From: Balanoglossus misakiensis
Taxonomy: Eukaryota; Animalia; Hemichordata
Assembly: GCA_040954595.2 (NCBI GenBank)
Contig: CM082579.2
Coordinates: 62,001-126,000 of the forward strand
Direction: 5' to 3'
DNA: 64,000 bases
Shown: positions 26,501 to 39,800 of the stretch, one piece after another
How positions within the stretch are numbered: position 1 is the stretch's first letter
How the letters are laid out: every line of letters begins with the position of its first letter
Translations under genes and position numbers: made by a program
The notes under the pieces: model-generated
The model's input: only the letters and a program-made list of their open reading frames with translations
Databases searched by the model: none
What the model was told of the DNA's origin: nothing

Positions 26501-29047
26501 AAAAAAGCTTGACATAGAAATCATCACTTCTGATTTTTTCAACATCTCTGTCATTATAGACACCTTTGGAAATATCCTCTGAAATAAAAAGTGAAAAGTA
26601 CAAAGGTTATATTCAGCAGATTTTGGGAAAGTAATATCAATACTGTATTAGTATATCCAAACAGGACACTTAAAAACATCTTTCCCACGTACCTTCACAC
26701 AACACCTACAAAACCATAACTGTGCAAACTGAATGACTTCTTCTGCCTCATGTTTGACAATAATTTGACCTGTATATGCTCATCATAATACACTAATAGT
26801 GTACTAATTTTGAATGTAATACATTCACTAATGACTCTGGACAAATTGGCCAGTCCTGGGAGCCATATTGGATCCTTGTGTGTTGCAAAGTGCATTGTGC
26901 ATCACAGCACTAACCTGCATGCTTCTCAAGGAAGTGATTTCTTAGCTCTGAAAATCTTCCTGTAAATTCCTGTGGAGGAGACAGGTTATCAGTGTCAGAG
27001 TTCCAAGATCTCTATACACTAATACAGACTGTGGTAAAGTCAATCTGATTAAAATCAGATGTAGGTTTGACTTTATCTTTACCTTTGTTGATTCTTCCAG
27101 TCTTGGCTGTTCTTCTCTCGGAGATGCAGTGTGGCACTTCTTCAAGAAAGAACAGCCAAGGATCAGCAAAGGTAAATATCCAGCCAACCGTGGTGGTGGT
27201 GGTGTAGCCGCAGAGGCAGGGCGAGGAGTAGCTGCAATGATTGTAGCTCTGGACTTATGCGCTGTTTGGGTCTACGCTGCTCTCCGTCCCCCACAGCTAT
27301 GGAGCCATGCGTAGGAAATCCTGTTGGGTTGCGGAGCAAAATGATTCGCACCGATTTTCAAACAATAAACTACATGAACATGTACATAATGTTGTCAGAA
27401 ATAAAGATCGAACGAAAATTTCACAAATGGGAACCTACTTGACGTGTTTGTCGCCGAATCGTAAACGTCGTTAACGCAGCGCCGTAAAACTGGTGACCCT
27501 CCCATACAAACACGCCGAGTAAAACACGTGTCGATCACATGACTTAAATGAAGGTGAACGTCCATGCAAACATGAAAAACTTGAAAATCGGTGCGAATCA
27601 TTTTGCTCCGCAACCCAACAGGATTTCCTACGCATGGCTCCATAGCTGTGGGGGACGGAGAGCAGCGTAGACCCAAACAGCGCATAAGTCCAGAGCTACA
27701 ATGATTGTAGCGGCCAGTGCTGCTTGGTTGACTGATGTGCAGCATAACCTTATGTTGCTGCAGTTTGCAGCCCCTCCATCTCCCCTGGACGATTTTTGGT
27801 TTTGCGGGGAGAGGGCGGGGCTGCAGGTCCCAGCTATTCTAAACCGCATAACGAGCGACCGGGATTTGGGCCCGGAGCGAATTTCTACACTCCAGACATC
27901 TCCAGTCTACAATTTTCCACAATTTTTTCGCCAAATCGGTCCCGGGACCCATTCAGCGCTTACCTGGCAAAGGATGTCGCGGTATTTGTCGATTTTGCCT
28001 ACGTTTTCCCCAGTTATTCAACTTCGATCGGCAATGGGTTTCAAAACAGCCGCCATCTTGACTTGTATATTTCAAGTATTCTTATATATAATTCCCCCGT
28101 ATTTCGAACGAGTGTGCCTGCGTCGCGGACGAGTGATTCCCCGTATAGCGGCCGTATCCCTCCGAGCCGCAGGCGAGGAGGGATACAGCTATACGGGGAA
28201 TCACGAGTTCGCGACGCAGGTACACGAGTGAGGAATACGGGGGAATTATATGTTTATCACATACATAGATCCGCTAATTTTGATTTTCAAATAAATCTCT
28301 TTGTGGTTGCGATAAAATTTGGAACTATTTTGTGCAAAATTGTTATGCGGTCTATCTGTCAGGTGACTGAGGTCACGACCTGGACGATTCTGGTTTTGGC
28401 GAGGACCCGTCTGTCGTGCGTCAGCTGGATTTCATCGTCCGTCAAGGTTTCACTGGAGCAGGAAACCTTTCTTGTGCCTTTTGCTTTATGACTAGACCGT
28501 TTTGCTCTAATCGTCGCATCAAAACTTTTGCGAATACTAAGTTTTGTACCTGTCGCTCGTTCGACAACGCGACGACTTTGGCTCAGCACTGACGACCTCG
28601 CGACAGTTTTGGTGCCGGTTGGTGCGATAAAAATGTACACAGGTAAAACTAATCGTCGATCGTCCATATTTACACATACGAAACATTTTATTTATCTTTG
28701 CTTATTTTTTAATATCGAAATAAAACCAACAATTGCACTGAATTTTGTCGCCCTAAGAGGACTTTGTTTACAAGTATAAAATAGTTCCGTTTGGTGACGT
28801 CAGAGGGATGGGTATTACAATAACGCTTGGTGCAAATTTACCTACGTCTGACGTCATACTATGGTATATGCGGAGCTATGTATGTGATAAAAGGAGGTAA
28901 CACGCGTATACGTAGTCATCGCGCCTTCTCGCAAGTTACTATATGATCGACAACGCTGACATACATTTGTGGAAAATATACCGAAATAAATTCTCCTTCA
29001 GTTTTCTGTAATATCCCTACCTCTCCATCAGCTGATACTTCCGCCAT
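20520..29047 (-). CDS. MOSPD2: Motile sperm domain-containing protein 2 (CRAL-TRIO + MSP + TM), 16 coding exons, ~595 aa
   Basis: Exons 29047-29021, 26969-26915, 26578-26417, 25769-25683, 25532-25378, 25066-25006, 24806-24768, 24321-24197, 24026-23844, 23487-23371, 22998-22922, 22429-22330, 22078-21982, 21815-21686, 21305-21200, 20786-20520 (1788 nt, in phase). Motifs DLDFVKFLITSFKHYYP, IYEMPWILNAAWKVIQNWL, LPPHMGGTD, the MSP signature AFKVKTTAPEIFRVRPS and a C-terminal TM helix. Confidence 0.93.
22999..23370 (-). other. Probable GC-AG intron in MOSPD2
   Basis: Donor GAG|GCAAGT gives a 117-nt phase-0 exon joining in frame to the next exon; no good GT donor was seen before the stop. Confidence 0.65.
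25179..25263. mobile_element. Tiny piggyBac-like MITE
   Basis: ttaa|CCCTTTCACC ... GGTGAAAGGG|ctaa: 10-bp TIR with a degenerate TTAA site on the right. Confidence 0.5.
26069..26374. mobile_element. piggyBac-like MITE
   Basis: ttaa|CCCTAACGCTGC ... GTAGCAATAGGG|ttaa: CCC...GGG termini with TTAA duplication, imperfect TIR; internal CTGCCAAGT repeated three times. Confidence 0.5.
27241..27701. repeat. 121-bp perfect inverted repeat with ~220-bp spacer in MOSPD2 intron 1
   Basis: 27241-27361 is the exact reverse complement of 27581-27701; the ORF track shows the same peptides on both strands. Confidence 0.92.
28086..28560. mobile_element. Palindromic Crypton-like element relic
   Basis: ~165-bp hairpin at 28086-28251 (ATATAATTCCCCCGTATT...AATACGGGGGAATTATAT, loop GAGCCGCAGGCGA); the adjacent minus-strand peptide ETLTDDEIQLTHDRRVLAKT weakly resembles Crypton N-termini. 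Confidence 0.45.
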
Positions 29048-29165
29048 CTCATTTGTAGCTGTGCACTGCTGAGGTCAGGCTCAGGTCACGCACATACTGT
29101 CCCTAAACGCACGAGGGCGCTCTATATGCACCTGCCCCCAACCCGGACCCCGCCCCTCCATGGCT
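29048..29165 (-). promoter_or_regulatory. Probable MOSPD2 promoter / 5' UTR
   Basis: GC box CCCGCCCC at ~29148-29156, CpG-rich, directly upstream of the start gagATGGCG. Confidence 0.5.
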
Positions 29166-32100
29166 CATATCAGTCCCCACCGCAGTACTTGGACCGTAAG
29201 CATAGTCTATGGCCAAATACATTGAAAGTGACATCAAATCGAGTCCAGCAATAGTTATCATAAAAGGGTTAAAGCGAATCACTAAATCCAAGAATGTATG
29301 AAAAATGTCAATTATAATGTGGTGGTACTGGTACATGTACGCACCAGGTGTCCGGTATTGTATAAAGGGGTGGGCCATTTGTTATGGGGGGGGGGGGTCT
29401 TTGTGATTTCAAAACAGATCCTTGAAGAATGTGTGCAAAAAAAAGTTGTCAGAAGTCATCAAGTTCAAAAAAACATAATTATACCCAGATCCGTTGAGGG
29501 CGCAACAGTGTACAACATGCAAAGAGGAGTACCCGAGTGTTAGGCGTCCGACTGATTTTGCAGATTCGCTCTACATGGAGTCCATTAATTCAATTTTAGT
29601 AAAGTCCACTCTTTAATAGTCGATTTATATGGAAAGTTCATGAATAAATGGTAGAAAGCACCTCTGGGACGAATTTGAAAACCTCTGGCATTCTTTAAAA
29701 TAAAGTCATGTTCAAATTATATACTCTACTGCTTGTTAATAATATTCATTTTAACATTTGCTGCCACTGAATATGCTAGGTTCTGCCATACTGTATGTAT
29801 TATTTTGTCTGAAAAAAGAATCAAGCTTTGTCAATTTATCAATAGGGGAAGAGATGAAGCACACGAAAATGCATACAAACATCCACATGTCAATATATGC
29901 ACTGAAAACAATATCACAATTACAACAAAACCATTTGTGTACATGGCTTGAAAAATAAATCATTTTTTTATTTCTGAATCACTCTAAAATTTCCAATTCT
30001 AATTCAATTCAACTACAAATTTATGACATCTTTGCAACACAATCGCTATGTAAATTGTCTCCAGCTTTACAAAACAAACCATGATTATCTAATTGAACTC
30101 TCAAGACATATGTGGTATATTTGGTATATCCAACAATTATATGCACTGATCAAGTATGTGGAACTATAGAATAGAATCTACTCATCAACAAGATGGTGGA
30201 ACAATCAAGTGTATCATCAAATGCAGCACGTTTCATGTCATATTTTGGAGCACTCCATGGCTGTATTTATTACTTACAGAAAGATAATGATAAAAGGTTG
30301 TTTGGAACTACAAAAGTACTTTTCTACCCATATAGTATTAAAGTCACAAATCAAAAATGAGATAGCCTAATTCAAGTGCCACTGTAGTCACTTTTTCAAG
30401 GCAACTCTGCTGATAAATTCCTATTGCTGTTTAAAAACAGCACCTCATGGAAAGCTTGTTACAGGGCACCATATGAAACACTTTTTTCTACATGTTGTCC
30501 ACGGTGGAGGTTATGGGTATGTGATGTGAATCTACTGAACTGCAGAATGCACCCAGAGTACCTACTAGTTTCCAAATTTAATGCCTTATGGAATAATAAA
30601 ACATGACAATCATTTTTTTAAATTTTGATTTGATATCAGTATAAACCACATTTGCTAAATACATTTATGTTTCAGGAATTTGGCACCAGGTTTAATGTTA
30701 GTTTATTACCAAGATTATACATAACTTTTGTACCCTTTGCCATAGTGTCTGAGACATATATTAATGTGAGACAAGGGTCAGTAGAGTTGACTCGACGAAA
30801 TGAATATGGGGAAAATGTTAATGTTTCTAGCTTTTCGAGTAAAAATTTGCATGCTGCATTCACAAGTCACAAAGCCAGTATCACATCAACATACCATTAC
30901 CAATTATTAACGTTAGCAAGTTTATGTTGCATTAAGATCTTGGAGAATCTTTTGACAATGCATTAGTTGATTAGCATGATGTTCATACTAAAATGCTTAC
31001 ATGTCACAGATAGTTTCTCAAGCAATGCTGAATTGAATATGTTCCACCACTTTGCAGAGCAGGAAAATCAAAACACATCACAATTATCTTAAAACATCAG
31101 GTACAGAAAAGTTACCTCGACATGTTGGTAAAACATAGCATCAGAATTTTACAGAAAAACATTTCCAAGCTTTTCCAAGTGATTGTACTGAAACAGATTC
31201 CTTCTTTTTAAAAAGCAGCTGCTATAGTTACAATTTTAAAATGTTTCTATTTGTGCAATCAGAAAAAAATGGCAAAGTTTTGAATTTGCGTTTTTAAACA
31301 GAACAGAGGGCAAAAACACTCTACATCACTTTTCAAATGGCTTCAGCTTTATTATCAAGGAAATTTACTTGAACATATTGGATGATACAACATTGCAGTG
31401 TTATTAATCACTGCAATATCTGACATGTAACAAGGTCCTTGGAAACCATCAAACTAATACACAAGCACCATAAAGTAAACCTCAGTCCACTACATGGTCA
31501 AGTATTGTAAGGCCCCACATTTCTTTTTTTCTATACATTTTATATAAACTACAACACTTCCTATGCCTTTGTTTATTTTCTTCTCTTGGTAAATTTTGTA
31601 TGACAATGATGATGGGAATTTGATAACTAAAGTGGTTTGGGGTGAGTGACTCGACTCTGGTGCTCTCCAGGAGTGTGGTACAAATGTAGTTCACTTCATT
31701 TGTCATTTCTGGAAACTTTAATACTTCTGTAAATATAAAACAATTAAAGATAAGTTTTGTTTCTCACTGTTGATATTGCCATTCTGTAACAATACAATTT
31801 TAACTGTTTCTCTTTGAGAACATGTTTAAAGTGAATTTCCATGACTGGGTTACACTGAGTGCAATTTATCAAAAATAGACTATCACAGTATACAGCCATG
31901 ATACAGTCAGAATGTTTTACAAAACAACAAACTATCCTTAAACATTCATAATCTCAAACTAACTTCGTTTAAAATTTTGTTTTGATTTACATGATCATGT
32001 TGAAATTTACATAGAGCAGAAAACCCCAAATGAAAAGTGCAAAACTTTACACAGCTCTATTGATGAATGGATTGTTTAAAACAATCAGAGGCAAAGTGCA

Positions 32101-33858
32101 TAATCTGGAAAAATGTAGCCCAATTATTTCACATATCTGGATTTCAAATTAAACCAAACTCATAATTCCAAGCAATGTGGATATCAAATTTCTCTTTGAT
32201 CTTTTAAATCTGAGTACTTAAAATTTTGCAATGAATTGGGAAACACACACAAAAAGGGGTGCAAAAATGTCAAGGATCGAAAAAAATGTACATTCATCAG
32301 GTAACTCTTTGAACCCAGCTCAGAAGAACACTTTTGAATATGTCATTGGTCACAATGCAACTAGGGCACAATGGGTTAAAAAAGAGAAATTATTTGCAAC
32401 TTGATCTTATCATATTGTATAACACAGGTTGGTATGTACAAGACTGAACTAATTTTTTGAGGAAAAAATTCACCAAAATGCAAACCCAACTCTACTAGTC
32501 TATTTATACACATAAGTCATTTTGAACAACATCTTGAAATGCAGAACTCATAACCTTCCAAACATTTACAATACAGTTGCCATGGTAATACAGCTGAACA
32601 TCTCTAATACTGAATTCATGCAACAGTAAACAATGCAATTTTTGAAATATATTTCTACATTAATTCTGATACAAGCATTATTCATGATAGTAACAAAGCA
32701 ACTGGTGGATAATGAATAAGTAGTCAACTTTTAGATCATCATGGAAAGTTAAACGTTTGCACAAAGAAATTGTAAATAAAAGCATATCACATTAATTTCT
32801 TAAGCAATGTTAGCATAAGAGAGCTGCCAAAAATTTGACAGGTATCCATGGAATCCAATACTCAAAACACAAAAGTTGTTATCTAGAAAGTACCGTATAT
32901 AGGTGTGTATTAGAGATGAACAATGGCTGCAATGTAGATATCTTGTCAATGCTGAGGACCAAACAATTATTTTTGTATGGTACATGTAATGGTAGTATGT
33001 GAAGAAACAGTGATTTTTATTGTAAAATATAGCAATTTTTATGTATGACCAGATAGGTACATGCTCTTAAATGTATTCTTTTACTTTAATACCTATTAAA
33101 GTTTCTACAATGCAAAAAATGATCAGCTAATAACTGTCAAATATTTCTTGAGTACTTTTTTGTTCTAAAATTTTGTTCTGGCCCATTTCAGCCATTCTGG
33201 TTAAAACAATACCCTGACCTCTAAAAGACAGAGAAAGTTGAGAGTCCTCCATTCATCAAAAACACTTGGCAGCTTTTTTTTTTCATTGCCACAAGGGTGT
33301 TGTGCAAGTTCAAAGTCAACCTTATCACAGTTCACATCATGTCATCATTGTAGGTGAGGGAATATTTGTACTGTATACATGTACTTGCACGATGACATGA
33401 TATGAACTGATGTTGATTTTGTTCTTGAAAAACAAGCCTCTCTGTGCATGCAGTTTTGCAGTGTTGGAGCTTGCAGTAATAAAAATTACACAAAAGTTCT
33501 TCTAGTATTAGTTACTCTATGTCTAGTACATTTTGCAGTACTCTTAATATCTAAAAAATAAACAAAAGACAACCCTTCAAATCTAAAGTAAAAAACAACA
33601 ACATTCCATTATATACCTTATCACCCTTTCCCACAAGTATCATGTGAAAAAACAACCAACTCAAAATAGTGCATGCAGACTTGTTTCTCTGGTAAAGAAA
33701 CTACAGAACTGATATACTGATTGCTTCAGGTGCAAAGGAAACTAATTGAGATTTCAAAGTGAAGGAGCGTGCGTCAGTCTAAAGAGTGTAGAAAGACAAA
33801 TGTCTAAAGTTACTCTTAACTCATGCAAATACAGTCACATGCATTCTAGAGCAAAAGA

Positions 33859-36800
33859 TTAGCATGAAGCATCTTGATGAGGAGGTTCATCCTTCTTTTT
33901 AGGTGTGCTAGTCATTTGGGAAGTGATTTTCTCAATTTCCTTGTCATCTGGAGAGCAGGGTTTTGCTTCAATGTACCAGTCATGCATGGACAATGCCAGA
34001 GAGTGGGAATGCATGTCAGGTGGTGCAGACCTACGCTTGGGATTGTCACGTGCATAGATTCCAGAACTGCTGCCAGTGGGCGCCATTTCTCCTGGTGTTG
34101 GTGTCTCATTTTTCCAAAATGGTGTGTTGAACAAATAGAATGGTTTTGTACTGGTTGTCAGTTTTTCTTTGATGCGTTCTTTTCTTTTTCCAGCTGTAGT
34201 GACACTAATGTACTCTTCAAAGCTCTCTTCCAGTGTCTTAAGCCGTGGACGATGTGAACCGTATATTGACATGGCTGATGTATCTGAGTGACGGTGTGGA
34301 TTGGATGCAGAGGCACTTCTTCTGAGAGGGGGTCGACGCTTGGCTTCTGCAGCTGCCTCCTGTTCACCAGGAAAACCTTGTACTGACTGTGATTGCTTTG
34401 AATTAAACAGCTTCCTTTTCTCAATAGCTTCACCATGAGATGGTGATGTTGGTGCTGAATTCACATCTCTTGAGACGTGAGCTTTATCTTTTTCTGTGTG
34501 TTGTGATGCTGATGATGTACTGTTTCTCCTGGCTGATTCATTCATTGCTGATGTAGTGTTCACAGTTTTCTCCTTGCTTTGTTCCTCATTTTCTTGTTCA
34601 TCCTGTGATGGATTCTGTGGTATGCTGCTCCCGACTGAACTTCGCCTCTCGCTGCTTGATCCAATAGTGGCATCCACACTACTACTTCTCTCTCTGGATG
34701 CCCCGTATTTCTCATCCATGCCCTCTACGATATCAGAAATCTGAACACCACTCTTTGTGGCCTGGTTGGAATCTTCATTGTTCCCACCTTCCTGTTCACT
34801 GGATCCTTTGGAACTGGTGGACATTTGACTTCCTGTACGTCTGCTGCCTGGAATACTCTCCTGACTGCTATCCAGGAATTTGAAGAGTTTATCAACTTCT
34901 CTCCCTTTTCTCTCAGCAGTGGAATACAGTTTCTCATCAGCCAGCAACTTGGTTCTTGCAGGCGTACTGTTCTGCAGCATTTCATTTTCACTAATATGCA
35001 ATTCTTCACTAACTAAATCTTCTGCCATCACATCTCTCCTGTTGCTGAAACCATTTTCCTCATCATGATCCTCTTTTCTTGTTGGACAAGTATTGTCCTC
35101 ATCTTTATCAATCAGTGGAATATCTTCATCAGCTATATCCAGGCTCTCGTTACTCCTTGTGAACTTGGGACGCATTTTTGACTTTGACTTGCTCTTTCTG
35201 CTCTCAACTGGAGTCATCAGTGGTGACATTTCATTGTCTGCATCTTCACCTTTCTTGGTTAGACTTTCTCTGCTGAATGATAGCTTACTTTTGAGTTTTT
35301 GCAGCTCCTCCAGGAATTGGGAGTTATTTTTGTCATCTGCAAACTGAGCTGAGAGATCTGACTTGTCCTGAATATTCTGTAAACTCTCGGCGCTGGAAAA
35401 GTCACTGATATACGACATAGTATACTGAGTGTTGCTGACTTTCCCACTTGGTTTCCTTGCTTTGCCTCTTCCCTTGCTTGGCAGAAGATCAGATTCTATG
35501 TCAAAATCGGATTTCTTCACCTTGACACTTTCTTGGGGTTTGTCTTCTTTGGTTTGTTTTGCTGCAAGGGAGTCTTTGGCACTGAAGTTGACATTATTGT
35601 GTGCCGGGAAAGGCTCCATTTCAAGGTCGTCAGACTCATCTGAAAGACTCTTCACAACAACTGATTTTCCAGGAATCTTTTTCTTTACTTCGTCTTTATC
35701 ACTCACTCTTGCACCATTCTCCTTCTTGGTTTCATCTTTCTGGGTCCCTTTTGTCCCCAATGTCTTACACTGTAACTTGTCTATCTGTACATTGACATGA
35801 TGCACATGTTGACTGTTGCCGCTATCAAAGGAGTGTCCATTCTGGCTGAAAGGCCCATCAGGTGGATTAGCTGTTGGCGACTCATCAAGCTTTGGTGATC
35901 CCCTGGCTACTGATGTGTTCCCCAACACCCCACTGATATGCCTCAGCTCTTCATAGCTCAGATTCAGAAAGTTATCTGGACCAGGAACCCTTAGATGTCC
36001 ATTCTCCATCTCTTCCATCTCTTGTAGCGTTGTTGCCGTGGGCAAGACACTTCCATCGCAGAAATCCCCACATCTCATTGTTTCCTGTTCTCTCATCCGC
36101 ATCACCATGGCACGAAATAGTTGCCAGTCTCCAAAGGTCATACCCAGTACCTTCTTCAACTCATCCAGGTCGCATTGCAGCAAGACATGCCCATTGATGT
36201 TGTTCTCAGCTACTTTAGCCTGGTACTTGGGAATCATGTGTGGATCTAAGCCTTCAAGTGATAGAAGACGATCACATACATCCTTGATTGCCATTCCATC
36301 AGATCCCCCATCACTGGTTGGACTCAACAATTCATTTCCGATAAGTGGTTGCTAAAAAAGACAAAGTTGATTGTAATGAGCAATTACTCAAAGTCAATTA
36401 AGAGATTAATACTTTTAATGACCTTTACCGTATTTCTCAATGGTTATTTAAAGTAAAAAAATGTACCCTCTTGGTAACTGACTTTGTTGTGCTGTACACT
36501 GCATGCAAACACCTTGTGGTATAATCGTTGTCAGACTGCTTCTATCTTACCACTTATAGCGTCTTACAAATATTTTTAACTAGTATTAGATCATTAATTA
36601 AATGTCCTTTTTTCAAATGGTTTTACTTTGAATTCAATGAATCATAGATTACTACCATCAATTCTTACCTGTGGTGTATATGCACTCAAGTGAGTTCCAC
36701 CTGGTCCAGGAAAACTCATCCTCTTCCAGCCACCACGAGTGAAATTATTACTGTAAGCCCCTCCATACCAGGATCCATGGGGGGACACGACACCACCACC

Positions 36801-39800
36801 ACCCCCTCCACCGCCCCCTGGGGTATAGGGGTTTGCTAGTAAAACACTTCCATCATGAGTCTGATGTAAATCTATATAAAATATAACAAAATATCGAAAA
36901 ATATGTCATCAGAATGTTGTTGTTTTTTCTTTGATCAGAAGATGTCTATTTGATATAATACATGAGAAGACAGACAACATCTGATCCCTGGAGATAAAAA
37001 GGTCTTTTTATGCTCAAAATAATATTTTTGAAAGCAGAAGATTATCTTCCCACACAAACATGGATAGTTCAAATGTCATACAGAAGCTTAAATTCTTTGT
37101 GATATATACTTCATTATCTTCCAAAATTGATTCCTCTGTGACTGCTGAAAAGTTCATATTAGTCTGTCTGGATGAGATTACCAGCTAATAGAGTGATTCT
37201 GGAACTTTGGCATTTTCATTGGAATTTCCGGTATGTCCTTACAAGAACTGCAATTAAACTGCTGTTCAATCTCATCAAGTGACGCCTACTCTATGTACAA
37301 AAAATCATTCTAGCTTTCAAATCTTTTCCAGTGTTTAATTCCACCCAGTTATCGATTTACTGATTATTTAGCAAGGAATCTGACGACAGTATACATCAAC
37401 GAATTACCTACTCATTAGAACAGATTTGTTCCTTAATGTCATAAGAGTTTACTTGTATACTTTGATAGACCTGAAACTGAGTCATGTATATTGGACATAT
37501 AGTTGTCAAATATGTCATACTTCCCTTTGTCTAAGCTCTCACATTTATAAAAAGACAGCAATCACCATCAAGTACCTTTCTCATGACAGCTAAAGCGCAT
37601 TTGCGAGAGACTAAATCATGCATTATGCTAACAATCTTTGATGCATAGTTTAATACCTCCTCAGTCTGTACATTTCATTATACAGTCTCTGTTCACCTAT
37701 TGCTAGTTAAGATGGCATGTCCAATTCTTTTCAAACACCCACCAATATAGGACTGATGTTCACCAGGGTTTTGCCATTGTACATGCACACAGCCAAACCA
37801 GAAAAAAAACTAACTCTAATTGACTTCTGAAGAAAACACGAACTCATAGCAAGAATGCAGTGGGGAGGTCTCAAGAGAATGGTTTTCTTGAGGGCATTTT
37901 CACCTTTCATTGCATCCTACTTCACTTTGACAATTAAGCTGGTTGACTTAGCTCCCAGCAATCCCACTACTTTCTGGAAAATCTGAAATGAAAGCGCGTC
38001 TTTCAAGAATGGTTGTACAAAATCACATCTGAATGCTGGGTAATTTAGCCACATACTTCCTGAATTCTACTGGAGATGCTGCTGATAGCAATCAGGATTT
38101 AACATCTGATTTGATGCCAAGATGCCAATCTATATGATGGCACACATCTTCTACTATGGTTTCACTCTCTTGGGGTCAAAACTTATCAGTTAGACTAAAG
38201 CATGACATGATGTTAGCAGCTTCAGCATTCAAGAGTAATTGCCCCCAAAATTACCACCTATAATGCTCAGATTACCAAGCACAAGACTTTCAGCCAGTCT
38301 CCAAATATAAATTGTTGATTTTGGTCACAAGACGAACTGGATACTGGTCTGAGAAGTTCAGTTATTCACATGGAGTCACTCTGTTTTCAGAGTATTTGAC
38401 TTTCATGGTCAAAAGTTACAGATCTAAAGTACAGCCTTAAAAATGGTGAAAGTGAGGTCTAAAAATGGGGGGGGGGATCTTTTAACTTCAACATCGTTAT
38501 AATTGCATCATGAATATGTTGCTATTGCCCAAAGGTCAGGCAATCACATCTGATGACATCATAAATCCACATCCAATGGCAGTATCAATTAAGCAAGTGG
38601 TCAATACACTATTTCTGAAGACACAAATATCAACCGATTTATACAATTTAAAATACATGTAGATATTCTTGAGAAAAAAATATTGTAATTAATGCCATAT
38701 TTTCTCTCAATATTACCAATATTAAAATAAGGGGTACTTCCAAACAGGCAAGTTAATTTACAGCCCTGGCAGAATCCTTGTCAAATTGAGCAGACGATAC
38801 AACTCTGATGATAAGAGAGAGAGAGAGACTGGTACTGCCGTAGGGAGCAATCAAGATGAAATCATAGCAACGTCTCAATGGCAGACAAAACTCAATTTCC
38901 TAGCTGGAAAATTGGAAGTGTTTGCGGCAAATTACAGAACTGAAATCATGCTGATTGCATCAGTCCTTTGATTGACTATTTGCTGATGATTGCTTGCAGA
39001 CATGAGAAGGAAAAGGAAAAATCGAGAAAGAAGGAGTGATTTTGTGCTGATAAAGAGATCATAAATTTCCCCAAATAGCCAGGTAGACTCACAAGGTGTA
39101 TTCACAAGCTGTGAACCATTACAAAACATTTTTGAGTGTGGTATGGTAAGTATTTTGAAAGTTGACATGAATTTATTTTCTAAAAGTGTCAGATACCAGC
39201 ATTTTGCTTAATTGACAAAGCTTTTTTTTATCAATTGAAGGTGCTTCACCCAAGGAAAGGTCAGTTTTATGGAGGCATATCCAATCATGAGAAAGTATCT
39301 CTATAATGTGTGAACTATGAAGTAATAACTAATCATTGAATGTTTTGTCTGGGTTCAATATGAAGGAATAAAGAAAAATTATCACAGTGCAAAAATGTGG
39401 GAATAAATAGAGAACCCAGTTTGATTTCATATGGAAACATATGCCACAAGGTGTTACAAAACACTGTAATGCACTCAAAGTGCAATTTTTGCTTCATAGA
39501 GAAGGTCTATTTGAATACAGAAACAGCTAGATGTGCTACTTTATTTTCAAAGAAACTGGAAACAGTTGACAATGGCAGTAACATATGTTAGTAGCATATC
39601 TCAAGGCAATTTACCATTCACATTAGTTCTCACTTACACGCAAATCTACATTTAAAGCCAGACTTCATGTCTCCTAGACATTATCCTCAAAAATAGGCAT
39701 ACCTATGAAACATTAAACTCTATCACCCGGGATTCCCATTAAGAAACAAAATCTCTCAGTTGGTACTCAAGCATTCACCATTCCCTGGTGGTTCAACTCA

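Noticed and set aside
26695-26895. ORF with a GTACGT donor considered as MOSPD2 exon 2
   Set aside because: Wrong phase or in-frame stop; 26969-26915 (EFTGRFSELRNHFLEKHA) fits both phase and homology.
27701-28491. 176-aa and 231-aa plus-strand ORFs in MOSPD2 intron 1
   Set aside because: They run through GC-rich palindromic repeat DNA with few stop codons and show no domain similarity.
33874-36355. Many plus-strand ORFs over the last KIDINS220 exon
   Set aside because: Antisense shadows of a long coding exon with no recognisable protein features.
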